Shown: positions 49,299 to 59,074 of the stretch, piece after piece
How positions within the stretch are numbered: position 1 is the first letter of the stretch
Layout: every line of letters starts with the position of its first letter
DNA from: an uncultured Gammaproteobacteria bacterium
Lineage (GTDB): Bacteria > Patescibacteriota > Patescibacteriia > UBA9934 > GWF2-40-263
Direction: 5' to 3'
Length of the DNA: 64,000 bases
Assembly (NCBI GenBank): GCA_964399675.1
Contig: CAYNRK010000001.1
Coordinates: forward strand, 424-64,423
Notes under the pieces: model-generated
What the model was told of the DNA's origin: nothing
Databases searched by the model: none
Seen by the model: only the letters and a program-made list of their open reading frames with translations
Position numbers and translations under genes: made by a program

Positions 49299-49850
49299 AT
49301 GAGTTTTGAACATTTTTTGAGTGTTTTGGGCAAGATCTTGGAAGACCTCAATGTGTGCTATTTTGTAACAGGCGGATTTGCTGTTTGTGTTTGGGGTCGG
49401 CCAAGAACTACTTTTGATCTCGATTTGGTTATTGTAATGAATCAGGCTGATGTCAATCCCTTTATACAGTCGATGCGCAATATTGATGAATCAATCTATG
49501 TTGATGAGCAGATGATACGATCCGAAATTGATCGAAAAGGAGAATTTAATATCATTCATCCAAACTCTGGGCTTAAAGTAGATTTTTTTGTAAAAAAAGA
49601 CGATGAGTTAAGCCGGACACAAATGGCTCGAAGAATTGAAAAAAAAATTAATGGTCAAACAATTTATTTTATATCCCCCGAGGATTTGATCATAAGCAAA
49701 CTCATTTGGGCAAAAAAGTCTGGATCCAATAGGCAATTAGATGATGCACAATCAGTGTTTGAAATAATGAAGAATGAATTGGATAGTCAATATATTAATG
49801 AATGGTTAAAAAGGCTCGGTCTTGAAAAATTACTAAAATCAATACAGTAA
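49299..49850 (+). CDS. Nucleotidyltransferase-superfamily protein (DUF6036-like)
   Basis: TGGFAV..WGRPRTTFDLDL, KVDFF, ISPEDLIISKL. Confidence 0.8.
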   Translation: MSFEHFLSVLGKILEDLNVCYFVTGGFAVCVWGRPRTTFDLDLVIVMNQADVNPFIQSMRNIDESIYVDEQMIRSEIDRKGEFNIIHPNSGLKVDFFVKKDDELSRTQMARRIEKKINGQTIYFISPEDLIISKLIWAKKSGSNRQLDDAQSVFEIMKNELDSQYINEWLKRLGLEKLLKSIQ

Positions 49851-49896
49851 TGAAAAGACCACCCTAAGGTGGTTAAGTGGCCGAAGGCTGGTTGGC

Positions 49897-50826
49897 CTAG
49901 GAGCCGTTGCTGCGCAGGATCATGTCCAGAAGAGCCATGCGCACGAGCATGCCGTTTTCGACCTGCCTGAAGTAGGCAGCTCGAGGATCAGCATCGATCT
50001 CAGGATGGATTTCATTGACCCTGGGCAAAGGGTGCAAGATAGCCATGCCCTCCCTGGCAAGATCAAGCTCCCGCTTGCGCAAGATGTAGCGATCACGAGT
50101 TGCCAGGTAATCGGTCTGATCTGTGAATCGTTCCTTTTGTACACGTGTCATATAGAGCACGTCTGCCCGGCCGATTGCAGCGTCAAGGCTTTCCATTTCT
50201 TGGAAACCAAGACTCTTTTCCCCGAGCTCGTCTTTGATCCTCTGAGGAATACAGAGGCTCTCCGGAGACACAAAGATCAGTTGCACATTGTAGAGTGCGA
50301 GTAGCCGAGCCAGCGAATGTACTGTTCGGCCATACTTGAGGTCACCGACCATGACCACAGTTGTGCCATCAATCCTGCCAAGCTCGCTTTGGATTGTGTA
50401 GAGATCCAAGAGCGCTTGAGTAGGATGCTCGCCAGCGCCGTCACCTGCGTTGATGATTGGCTTTGTTGCAACACTTGCTGCAAGTCGTGCCGAACCAATC
50501 TCCGGATGACGAAGCACAATCGCATCAGCGTACCGACAGATTGTGCGAATCGTGTCCTGAAGGGTTTCCCCTTTGACAGCAGACGAAAATTGCGCTGCGC
50601 TTTCTGTGCCAACCACACGTCCGCCCAGACGATGCATTGCAGTATCGAACGACATCTTTGTTCTGGTCGAGGGCTCGTAGAACAAAGACGCAAGCACATA
50701 GCCTGAGAGAAGCTGGCTGCCGTGGTTCTTTGCCACAGACCGCATTTCATCAACACGAGCAAACAGCGACGTGATGATCTCCAGTGTGAGCTGGTCTACA
50801 CTGACCAGGTGCTCAAGCTTTGCCAT
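49897..50826 (-). CDS. pyrB: Aspartate carbamoyltransferase catalytic subunit
   Basis: FYEPSTRT, KGETL.DT, NAGDG..EHPTQALLD, HPLPR; own promoter TTGACA-17-TATGCT near 50890-50918. Confidence 0.97.
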   Translation of the reverse strand: MAKLEHLVSVDQLTLEIITSLFARVDEMRSVAKNHGSQLLSGYVLASLFYEPSTRTKMSFDTAMHRLGGRVVGTESAAQFSSAVKGETLQDTIRTICRYADAIVLRHPEIGSARLAASVATKPIINAGDGAGEHPTQALLDLYTIQSELGRIDGTTVVMVGDLKYGRTVHSLARLLALYNVQLIFVSPESLCIPQRIKDELGEKSLGFQEMESLDAAIGRADVLYMTRVQKERFTDQTDYLATRDRYILRKRELDLAREGMAILHPLPRVNEIHPEIDADPRAAYFRQVENGMLVRMALLDMILRSNGS

Positions 50827-50967
50827 GGATCTTGCTCCTATTTGGATTTGCCAGTTTTTCTGGCAAAGAATTGGCCTTATGCCGCGCTGAGCATAGCAAT
50901 GAATAATAGGTGTGTCAAATTGATTGATTCAAAACAAAAAATCCCGGCTGTTGCCAGGATCTTTTGT

Positions 50968-51042
50968 TGGAGCGGGTGAAGGGGATCGAACCCTCATCTC
51001 GACCTTGGAAGGGTCGCATTCTAGCCATTGAACTACACCCGC
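50968..51042 (-). tRNA. tRNA-Gly(TCC)
   Basis: GCGGGTG acceptor, CGACC-CTTCCAA-GGTCG, CCA. Confidence 0.95.
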
Positions 51043-51725
51043 ACACTCTTTTTTTGGTTTAATGAAGCTTCAATTAGTCCAATAATATACCTGTGCATTA
51101 AGGAACCAAATTTTGGATCACTACAAGCGTTGACAGTTACATGCATTGTTCCATAAGGCAATTTTCTTCTTTTTGTTCTTGATTTGTCCGTACGTTTATC
51201 AACCGCGCATTTCCCAAATTGCGTGAGTGGAATTTTAGCGATTCTTGACCAGTATGTCAATGCTTCTTTTTCGTCAATATCAGGATAAATATGGACTCGT
51301 CCACGAAAATGTTTATTGGGAATTTCCAACACCTCTCGAAACCACCTCATTAAACATTTAATGACTAACGGATCCGAGTTTGACACCCGAGTGGTCTCGT
51401 ATAGTTTCATACCCTCTCCTATGTATAAACCTAATCCGAGCATCATCAGATCCCTTTTTGAGACATTGTCAATTGTTCGTAGAGCCTTATTTTTTGCATC
51501 CTGAATCGATTTTTTTTTCAAGTCATGCCTTGTTTTTGCAGATTTCTCCCAAGCCTCATTCATTCTTTTTCTAACGGTTTTATTTGGAGTGAAGTGCACG
51601 TTTCTTAACCAATGACTGAGAGTGCTTTTTGCAACACCGAGTCTTTCAGAAATAATATTGTAAGACCAACCTTTCTTTCTTAAATCAATTGCTTGTTCAC
51701 GAAGCGATATTTTCATATATATCAT
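51033..51725 (-). CDS. HTH plus LAGLIDADG-like putative endonuclease
   Basis: LRKKGWSYN.I..LGVAKSTLS.WL HTH; GLGLYIGEG motif, SNSDP; stop lies inside tRNA-Gly. Confidence 0.7.
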   Translation of the reverse strand: MIYMKISLREQAIDLRKKGWSYNIISERLGVAKSTLSHWLRNVHFTPNKTVRKRMNEAWEKSAKTRHDLKKKSIQDAKNKALRTIDNVSKRDLMMLGLGLYIGEGMKLYETTRVSNSDPLVIKCLMRWFREVLEIPNKHFRGRVHIYPDIDEKEALTYWSRIAKIPLTQFGKCAVDKRTDKSRTKRRKLPYGTMHVTVNACSDPKFGSLMHRYIIGLIEASLNQKKSVRV

Positions 51726-51839
51726 TTTACCATACCCATTTTATGGGTTCAAGTATTGCTATTCCTTAAAACAAACTGACCGCCATTCTATGACGGTCGC
51801 CATGTGATGTTAATTAATTTTTTTGAAAAAATTTGGCAT

Positions 51840-53405
51840 TTAGAACAATGCCTTTCCTGTCATCTCTTTTGGCTTTTTCAAATCAAGCATTTTCAGAATA
51901 GTTGGCGCCACATCAGCCAGCTTGCCTTTATTTAATTTTAGATCTTTTTTGTTTTTTCTAATCAGAATGCAAGGAACAGGATTTGTAGTATGGCCTGTGT
52001 AGACTTCATCTGTTTTTAAATCAATCATACTTTCAGCATTTCCGTGATCTCCAATTAAAAGCACTTGTCCATTCTTTTTAAGCACAGCCTCAGTAATTTT
52101 TTTAACTTGCGTGTCAACAACTTCAACTGCCTTTTTTGTTGCCTCAAAGTTTCCGGTGTGAGCTACCATGTCTGCATTTGGGAAGTTCACACAAATGAAT
52201 GAGAAAGATTCTTTTCTTAGTTCTTCTAAAATTATTTTTGTAAGTTTTTGAGCGTGCATTTCAGGGTGTTCATCAAAATGCTTTTTCTTTTTGGTTCTTA
52301 TTATTTTTCGCGTTTCATCGTTTACAGGCTTTGCATGACCACCATTTATAAAGTAGGTAACGTGAGCGTACTTTTCTGATTCAGAAAGATAAAGTTGTTC
52401 GTACGACTCCCCAATTGCTTTTGCTAGGGTGTTTGGGATAACAGGACTAGGGAAGGCTGTTAAGATTCCAGGAAGGTCTGGTCCAAATTCTGACATTGCC
52501 ACAAAGTGAGTGTGCGCAAGTTTTTTTGAGCGATGAAACGACCCGGGATTGTCTTTGAAAAAGTCAGGCTGAACAAATGCTTTGGCAATCTGTCGTGCTC
52601 TATCACTTCTTGCGTTGAAAAAGTAAATAACATCTTTGTGATTGATTCGTGGCAAAGGCTTTCCATTTTCTGTGAGAATAGTTGGACAAATAAATTCGTC
52701 TGTTTCGTCTCTGTTGTACGCTTGGGCAATAACGTCTTCTGCTGACCCGGCTACGCACGAACCTTTACCGCTCACAAGCGCGTCATATGCTTTTTTAGTC
52801 CTGCCCCACACTTTATTTCTATCCATTGCATAGTAGCGCCCCATTACAGTTGCAATCTTTTCGCCATTTTTCATGTGAGGTCTTAGCTCACGCAAAAATC
52901 TAACTGCAGAGTGGGGAGATGAATCGCGTCCGTCAGTAAAAAGATGAAGGTAAACTTTTTTCTGTTTGTTCATTCTAAAGAATTTCAAAAGTGCAATCAC
53001 GTGCTCAAGGCGTGCGTGCCCACTGTGATCGTTTGTAAGAAGCCCCATCACGTGAACTGCTGATTTATTTTTTTTTACAAAGTCGAGTCCATGTAGAAAT
53101 GCTTCATTTTTGAAAAAGGTTCCGTCTTTGATTGCACTTGAGATTCTTTCAAGATCTTGTTCTACTACTCTTCCTGCACCAATGTTCAAATGCCCGGCTT
53201 CTGAGTTTCCTGCTTGATTGGTTGCAAGCCCAACAGATTTTCCAGACGCAACAAGTTCAGTGCTTGGATATTTTTTTAAGTAAGAAAAAATTGTTGGTGC
53301 TGTTTTTGGAGTGATAGCGTTACCTTTATTTTTCGGATCAGCCAAACCAAAACCATCAAGAATGATAAGAACAGTTGGTTTGTGTTTATTACCAGTTTTT
53401 GCCAT
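51840..53405 (-). CDS. gpmI: 2,3-BPG-independent phosphoglycerate mutase
   Basis: LIILDGFG, GNSEAGHLNIGAGR, DGRD, GRYYAMDR, NADMVAHTG, DHGNAE. Confidence 0.97.
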   Translation of the reverse strand: MAKTGNKHKPTVLIILDGFGLADPKNKGNAITPKTAPTIFSYLKKYPSTELVASGKSVGLATNQAGNSEAGHLNIGAGRVVEQDLERISSAIKDGTFFKNEAFLHGLDFVKKNKSAVHVMGLLTNDHSGHARLEHVIALLKFFRMNKQKKVYLHLFTDGRDSSPHSAVRFLRELRPHMKNGEKIATVMGRYYAMDRNKVWGRTKKAYDALVSGKGSCVAGSAEDVIAQAYNRDETDEFICPTILTENGKPLPRINHKDVIYFFNARSDRARQIAKAFVQPDFFKDNPGSFHRSKKLAHTHFVAMSEFGPDLPGILTAFPSPVIPNTLAKAIGESYEQLYLSESEKYAHVTYFINGGHAKPVNDETRKIIRTKKKKHFDEHPEMHAQKLTKIILEELRKESFSFICVNFPNADMVAHTGNFEATKKAVEVVDTQVKKITEAVLKKNGQVLLIGDHGNAESMIDLKTDEVYTGHTTNPVPCILIRKNKKDLKLNKGKLADVAPTILKMLDLKKPKEMTGKALF

Positions 53406-53483
53406 ATCAAAGATTAGTATACCATGCGGATTTTTTTGAAAAGAAAACACACCAGCCATGGACTGATGTGTTTTCTAGTTACA

Positions 53484-54047
53484 CTATAGATCAATTTCTG
53501 AAGAAATTTCTTGCATGGCTTGTATTGCAATTTGGAAGAATTTTGATTTCTCCAATCCGATTTTTTCAATATCAGAAATTAATTCACGAGAAACATTTGC
53601 TGCAAAGTGGTTTGTTTTGAATTTCTTATTAAGCGAACTGGCCTTCATGCCCTCTAGTTTTTGAGGCCGCATCAGAGCATAAGCATAAATAAGTCCTGTT
53701 ACACTTTCGCCAGCTGCAAGAGCGTAATCAAGCTTGCTTTCACGGTTTACTCCTGTGTGATCTTCATTATGTGCAGAAATTGCATGCGCTACTTCTTCTG
53801 TAATTTCACAATCCTCTTCTTTTAAAATCTCTAGAGTTTTAATTCCATGCTGTTCAGGATCTTCAGAAGTTTGCTCCCAATCTAAATCATGCAAAAGACC
53901 AGCGATCCCCCAAATTTCTTCGTCTTCACCTAATTCCTTTGCCAAAGCCCTCAGAACAACTTCACTTTCACGAGAATGGATTTGATTATTTTTATCCTGT
54001 AAATATTTCTGTATGAGTTCACGAGCCTTCTCGGTTGTTATTTGCAT
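53484..54047 (-). CDS. HD/HDIG-domain hydrolase
   Basis: H..E.E..LRALA, GLLHDLD, HG, AISAH. Confidence 0.88.
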   Translation of the reverse strand: MQITTEKARELIQKYLQDKNNQIHSRESEVVLRALAKELGEDEEIWGIAGLLHDLDWEQTSEDPEQHGIKTLEILKEEDCEITEEVAHAISAHNEDHTGVNRESKLDYALAAGESVTGLIYAYALMRPQKLEGMKASSLNKKFKTNHFAANVSRELISDIEKIGLEKSKFFQIAIQAMQEISSEIDL

Positions 54048-54061
54048 AAACCATAGTTTAA

Positions 54062-54138
54062 TGGTCGGGATGACAGGACTCGAACCTGCGACCTCTTGGT
54101 CCCAAACCAAGCGCTCTAGCCTGCTGAGCTACATCCCG
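54062..54138 (-). tRNA. tRNA-Pro(TGG)
   Basis: CGGGATG acceptor, CTTGG-TTTGGGA-CCAAG, CCA. Confidence 0.95.
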
Positions 54139-54220
54139 ATGTGCGAGAGTGTAGCAGAGAAACATAGATTAATCAAGCCAACAGGGCTGTTCTTTGTTAT
54201 AATTTAAAACAAGTTGTTGG

Positions 54221-54269
54221 CCCGTCACCCCGACCAAAAGAACTGATGATAAGTTTCATCAGTTCTTTT
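54221..54269 (+). other. tRNA-Pro 3'-end remnant followed by a terminator
   Basis: CCCGTCACCCCGACCA vs CCTGTCATCCCGACCA of tRNA-Pro; 14-bp hairpin 54236-54269. Confidence 0.55.
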
Positions 54270-54357
54270 GTTTCAGTGGTTTTTTTGGGGCATGCTAGAT
54301 GCTATAATATAAAATATTTTACGTGCAAGAATAGAATAATTAAAAAAACCAAACTTT

Positions 54358-55347
54358 ATGGACGAATTAAAAAAATACGTACAATTTGCAGTAAAGAAAA
54401 AAGCATCGGATATTCATCTTATTGCAAATGCTTTTCCATACATTCGTGTAAACGGAAAACTTATTGCAATCAATAAAACCCTGCTTTCTCCGCAAGGAGT
54501 TCAGAAAAAAGCAATGGGATTACTTAAACAAAATCAACTTAAAAAACTTGAAGTAGACGGCGATGTGGATGTTGGTGTTGTTGTGGATGGTGTTGGACTC
54601 AGAATTAACATTCATAAAAACTCAAGTGGATTTGGAATGGCAATTCGAGTTATTCCAACAAAGATCCCAACTCCAGAAGAGTTGAACTTTCATGAAACAA
54701 TGGCCCAGATTCCAGAATATGAAAACGGTCTGGTGATTGTTAGTGGTGCAACAGGAACAGGAAAATCTACAACCCTTGCTTCAATCATTGAGCAAATGAA
54801 CCAGACTTCAAAGCGCCACATTATAACCCTGGAAGATCCAATAGAATATCGGTTCAAAGACAAAGAGTCACTTATTGAGCAAAGACAACTTGGACTTGAT
54901 TTTTCCAGCTTTCCACAAGGCCTTCGTCATGTTCTGCGCCAAGATCCGGATGTGATTATGATTGGAGAAATGCGCGATCAAGAAAGCATAGCTTTAGCTC
55001 TTACCGCGGCTGAGACCGGACACCTTGTTTTATCAACATTGCACGCACCAAACGCACCCGAAGTTGTTGAACGGATTGTTAATGTTTTTGAAGGGATTGC
55101 TCAACAGCAAATCCTTATTCAATTATCAGCGACTCTTCGTATGGTTGTAGCTCAAAAGCTTTTACCAAAAAAAGATGGAGGACTTATTGCTGCAAGAGAA
55201 GTTTTGGTAACAACTTCTGCAATACAAAATGCAATCAGACAAAATAATCTTGCCACACTTAGATCTGCAGTCCAGACAGGAAAGAAGCACGGTATGATTA
55301 GTATGGATAGGGCAGTGGAAGAGCTTGAAGCCAAGAAATTGATTTAA
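54358..55347 (+). CDS. pilT: Type IV pilus retraction ATPase
   Basis: ASDIHL, GATGTGKSTT, ITLEDPIE, LRQDPDVIMIGEMRD, AETGHLV. Confidence 0.92.
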   Translation: MDELKKYVQFAVKKKASDIHLIANAFPYIRVNGKLIAINKTLLSPQGVQKKAMGLLKQNQLKKLEVDGDVDVGVVVDGVGLRINIHKNSSGFGMAIRVIPTKIPTPEELNFHETMAQIPEYENGLVIVSGATGTGKSTTLASIIEQMNQTSKRHIITLEDPIEYRFKDKESLIEQRQLGLDFSSFPQGLRHVLRQDPDVIMIGEMRDQESIALALTAAETGHLVLSTLHAPNAPEVVERIVNVFEGIAQQQILIQLSATLRMVVAQKLLPKKDGGLIAAREVLVTTSAIQNAIRQNNLATLRSAVQTGKKHGMISMDRAVEELEAKKLI

Positions 55348-55355
55348 AATTTGAT

Positions 55356-56441
55356 ATGAGCAAAAAAACTCCATGGTACAAAAAAGACGTTGGTGCTTTT
55401 TTGCCTCCGCGAACAGTTGATGTTGTTACCACAACACAAAATCTTTCTGTAATGCTTGATGCAGGGCTGACAGTTCCAGAGGCGCTTGATGTACTTCAGG
55501 AGCAATCAAGCGGATCTATTAAAAAAACCATTAAGCGAATTCATAAACGCATTCAATCAGGTGATGCGTTTGGTGACGCGCTCGAAACTGAATCAAAAGT
55601 GTTTAGTCCAATTTTTGTTAGTGCAGTTAAAATAGGTGAAACATCCGGTACTTTGGCGGAAAATTTAAAACAGGTTGCAACACAAATGCAGCATGATTTA
55701 AGAGTCAGACAAAACATTCAGTCAGCAATGTTTTATCCAATAATAGTTCTGGTTGCAACAATTGGTCTTGGTTTTGCAATTGCAACTTTTGTGCTACCTC
55801 AGATGATTGATGTTTTTGTGTCTTTAAATGTGGAGCTTCCTTGGACAACCCGCTTTTTGATTTTCCTTGCTCACCTTTTTGGTAATTACGGCCTTTTCAT
55901 TGCCCCTGCCACTATTGTTGGAGTTATCCTTGTTGTCATGTTTTTGAAACAAAAATTCATGCAGCGTTTTACTCATCCGTTGATTCTAGCTCTTCCCGGT
56001 GTTGGTACATTTTCAAAAGATGTGAACCGGGCTCGTTTTTGTAGGTCTCTTGGCACTCTATTAAAAAGCGGAGTTCCAATCCAAGAATCTTTGCAAATTG
56101 CTGCAGACAGTTTTCCAAATGTGGTTTATAAAAATTCAGTGAATAAAATGCACGAAATGATTGCCTCAGGTGAAAATTTTTCAACAATTATTGGTAATTA
56201 TCCAGATCTTTATCCAAAAATGATTCATAGAATGGTCGCTGTTGGAGAACAATCGGGCGGCATGCAGAGCTCGCTCTTGTATCTGGCTGTTTTTTACGAA
56301 AGAAAAGTTGAATATACTGCAAAGAATTTTTCCGCAATAATTGAACCGGTGCTTTTAGTATTTATTGGCCTTGCAGTAGCCTTTGTTGCACTATCAATTA
56401 TCTCACCAATATATTCTGTAACAGAAAGCCTTACTCTATAA
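55356..56441 (+). CDS. pilC: Type IV pilus/T2SS inner-membrane platform protein
   Basis: Two T2SSF repeats, GETSGTL, AMFYP, GEQSG, IIEP. Confidence 0.92.
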   Translation: MSKKTPWYKKDVGAFLPPRTVDVVTTTQNLSVMLDAGLTVPEALDVLQEQSSGSIKKTIKRIHKRIQSGDAFGDALETESKVFSPIFVSAVKIGETSGTLAENLKQVATQMQHDLRVRQNIQSAMFYPIIVLVATIGLGFAIATFVLPQMIDVFVSLNVELPWTTRFLIFLAHLFGNYGLFIAPATIVGVILVVMFLKQKFMQRFTHPLILALPGVGTFSKDVNRARFCRSLGTLLKSGVPIQESLQIAADSFPNVVYKNSVNKMHEMIASGENFSTIIGNYPDLYPKMIHRMVAVGEQSGGMQSSLLYLAVFYERKVEYTAKNFSAIIEPVLLVFIGLAVAFVALSIISPIYSVTESLTL

Positions 56442-56453
56442 GGTGTCTTCGAT

Positions 56454-56909
56454 ATGAATCAATCCGGATTTACATTAATCGAAGTTATTGTTGTCTTGTC
56501 AATCGTTGTTTTGTTAGCGGCTTTAAGCAGCGGCTTTGCAGGTATTGCTGTTCAACAAAACACACTACTTAACACATCTTCTGATGTAGTTGATACACTT
56601 CGTCGTGCACAATCACATACCATGAACGGTCAACAGGATGGTGTTTGGGGAGTGTATTTTACCTCAGACAGTTTTGTTTTATTTCTTGGGCCAACATACA
56701 TTGCTGAGGCTGATGACAATATTCCAACCGTGTTAAGCAGTAGCATGACAATTTCAAATATCTCTTTAAACGGCGGAGGGACTGATGTTTTGTTTGATGA
56801 CCCATATGGAGATACAGATGAATATGGTTCTTTATTAATTTCTGATGTAACCACATCTAAAACAAAAACCATAAGCATTAATGAAATGGGAATGGTGGAC
56901 ATGAATTAA
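56454..56909 (+). CDS. Minor pilin (FimT/GspH-like)
   Basis: G|FTLIE prepilin motif. Confidence 0.85.
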   Translation: MNQSGFTLIEVIVVLSIVVLLAALSSGFAGIAVQQNTLLNTSSDVVDTLRRAQSHTMNGQQDGVWGVYFTSDSFVLFLGPTYIAEADDNIPTVLSSSMTISNISLNGGGTDVLFDDPYGDTDEYGSLLISDVTTSKTKTISINEMGMVDMN

Positions 56910-56923
56910 GATAAGAGCATATT

Positions 56924-59071
56924 TTGTCATTTATCAAAAACACATCTGGTCAGTCACTTGTCGAGCTTATTGTGGCGCTTGCAATTTTTTCAATTGTAGT
57001 TTTGTCCGCAAGTTTAATTTTTTTAGATAACATCACCGCTCTTAAAGTTGGAAATGAACTAACAGAAGCAACCTCGCTTGTTCAAGAAGGACTTGATGCT
57101 TCGCGGAGTATTCGCGATAACAAGTTTTCCGATCTTTCAAACGGACCTCATGGTGTTACAAGAGCCTCTGGATATTGGGAGTTCTCTGGTTCAAGTGATA
57201 CAACCGGAATCTACACACGCGTTATAACAATTTCTGATGTAGAGCGGGATGAAGATGGGAATGTCGTTGCAAGCGACGGAACAGTTGATGTCAGGACAAA
57301 GAAAGTTTTATCATCAGTGAGTTGGGATTCTCGCGGATCCACTCGTTCAACATCAGCACTCAGTTATCTTACTGATTGGAATGTTTATGATTGGGCAGAG
57401 ACAAATGATACAGAGTTTGGTGCAGGGACGGTTTCAAGCACAAGCGTTACTGGTGTGGGTGCAGGTGCAAGTATTCAGCTCATAATTTCAACTGTGGAAG
57501 GGATAACACGTTGGGTGCCGGGAGGAGGCTCTTCATTTATTAATGATACAGACACAGATTTTGGAGCAGGGTCAACTTCAGATACTACAATTTTCGGGAC
57601 AAACATCTCAGCAGTTGTGCAACTCAGTACTGACTCTGGAGATTTTTATAATTCATCAGGCACTTTTATTTCACAAGTTTTTGATAGTGGTTCAGCAACA
57701 ACTGTTTGGAATACCCTGAACTGGGTAGAGAATAATTATCTATCAACTGATGTTACGTTTGCAACCAGAACCGGGAACTCTGCTGTACCAGATGCTGGAT
57801 GGACAGGGTGGAGTCCAGAGCTGATCGATCCAAATGGATCCTCAATCACTTCTTCAAACAATCAGTATTTGCAATATAGAATTACACTGACCACATCAGA
57901 TTCAACAGTGAGTCCAGCTGTTGACTTTGTAAGTATTGGATATGGAGATCCGGATATCTCCAGCAACTTATATGATTTACACATGACATCTGAACTTGAT
58001 GGAAGATCGGTTGGTTCTGGTGGCGAAGTTATGGGATTTGATCAAGATATTTGGACTGCATGGGGTTCTCCAACACCAAACGATTTATACGGAGTTCATC
58101 TTGTAGCAGCGAATGATGGCTGGGCTGTTGGTCAGTCCGGATATATTGCTCAGTGGGATGGTGCAACTTGGTCGTATTTTGATTCGCCAACATCAAATCA
58201 GCTTAATTCAGTTAGTCTTTCTTCAACTTCTGCTGGCTGGGCTGTTGGAGATGGTGGGGTGATTATTGAATGGGATGGTGTTGATTGGACAACCGCAAGT
58301 TCACCAACAGTAAATCAGCTTAATGCAATCTCAACAGTTTCTCCTTCTGATATATGGGCGGTTGGTGATAGTGGAACTATAATTCATTTCAATGGTTCTT
58401 CTTGGTTTGCCGTTTCGTCTCCAACAGCCGTAGATTTACGAGGTGTTTATATGGTCTCATCTTCTGATGGCTGGGCTGTTGGAAGCAATGGAAAAATTTT
58501 GAGATATTCCAATGGAGCCTGGTCAGTTCATTCAACGGTCTTTGGTGGATCTCAAAATTTGAACGGTATCTTTATGAATTCCGAATCTGATGGTTGGATA
58601 GTTGGAAACAGTGGTGGAATTTTAAACTATAATGGTTCAGCATGGCTTATTAAAGATTCACCAACCAGCACAAGTCTCCACTCTGTTTATACAAATTCTG
58701 AAACCAACGGTTGGATAGTCGGAGATTCAGGAATGTTCCTGTCTTTGTATTTAACTGAAATTAGCGGTTATGTTACAGACGGAACGTTTACTTCCCAGGT
58801 TCTTGATAGTGATTCTGCAGATACTGATTGGCAAACATTGTTTTGGAATGAAACACTTCCAACAGACACAGACATAACCGTGGCTGTTAGAAGTGGAAAC
58901 GCAGCTGTGCCGGATGCAACTTGGTCTGCGTTTTCCTCAGAGTATACAGATTCAAGTGGAATTGATATTTCATCTCAGGCTGGCAGGTATTTTCAATATC
59001 GAGCAACTTTGAGTACAACAAATGTTGCGGTAACTCCAGCTCTAGGAGATGTGGTTATAACATATAAATAG
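56924..59071 (+). CDS. Large pilin-fused adhesin with BNR/Ycf48-like propeller repeats
   Basis: G|QSLVE; about six SPT..L..V..S..DGWAVG..G.I..W.G..W repeats between two copies of a GTF.SQV.DS..QYR.TL.T domain. Confidence 0.85.
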   Translation: MSFIKNTSGQSLVELIVALAIFSIVVLSASLIFLDNITALKVGNELTEATSLVQEGLDASRSIRDNKFSDLSNGPHGVTRASGYWEFSGSSDTTGIYTRVITISDVERDEDGNVVASDGTVDVRTKKVLSSVSWDSRGSTRSTSALSYLTDWNVYDWAETNDTEFGAGTVSSTSVTGVGAGASIQLIISTVEGITRWVPGGGSSFINDTDTDFGAGSTSDTTIFGTNISAVVQLSTDSGDFYNSSGTFISQVFDSGSATTVWNTLNWVENNYLSTDVTFATRTGNSAVPDAGWTGWSPELIDPNGSSITSSNNQYLQYRITLTTSDSTVSPAVDFVSIGYGDPDISSNLYDLHMTSELDGRSVGSGGEVMGFDQDIWTAWGSPTPNDLYGVHLVAANDGWAVGQSGYIAQWDGATWSYFDSPTSNQLNSVSLSSTSAGWAVGDGGVIIEWDGVDWTTASSPTVNQLNAISTVSPSDIWAVGDSGTIIHFNGSSWFAVSSPTAVDLRGVYMVSSSDGWAVGSNGKILRYSNGAWSVHSTVFGGSQNLNGIFMNSESDGWIVGNSGGILNYNGSAWLIKDSPTSTSLHSVYTNSETNGWIVGDSGMFLSLYLTEISGYVTDGTFTSQVLDSDSADTDWQTLFWNETLPTDTDITVAVRSGNAAVPDATWSAFSSEYTDSSGIDISSQAGRYFQYRATLSTTNVAVTPALGDVVITYK

Positions 59072-59074
59072 TTT

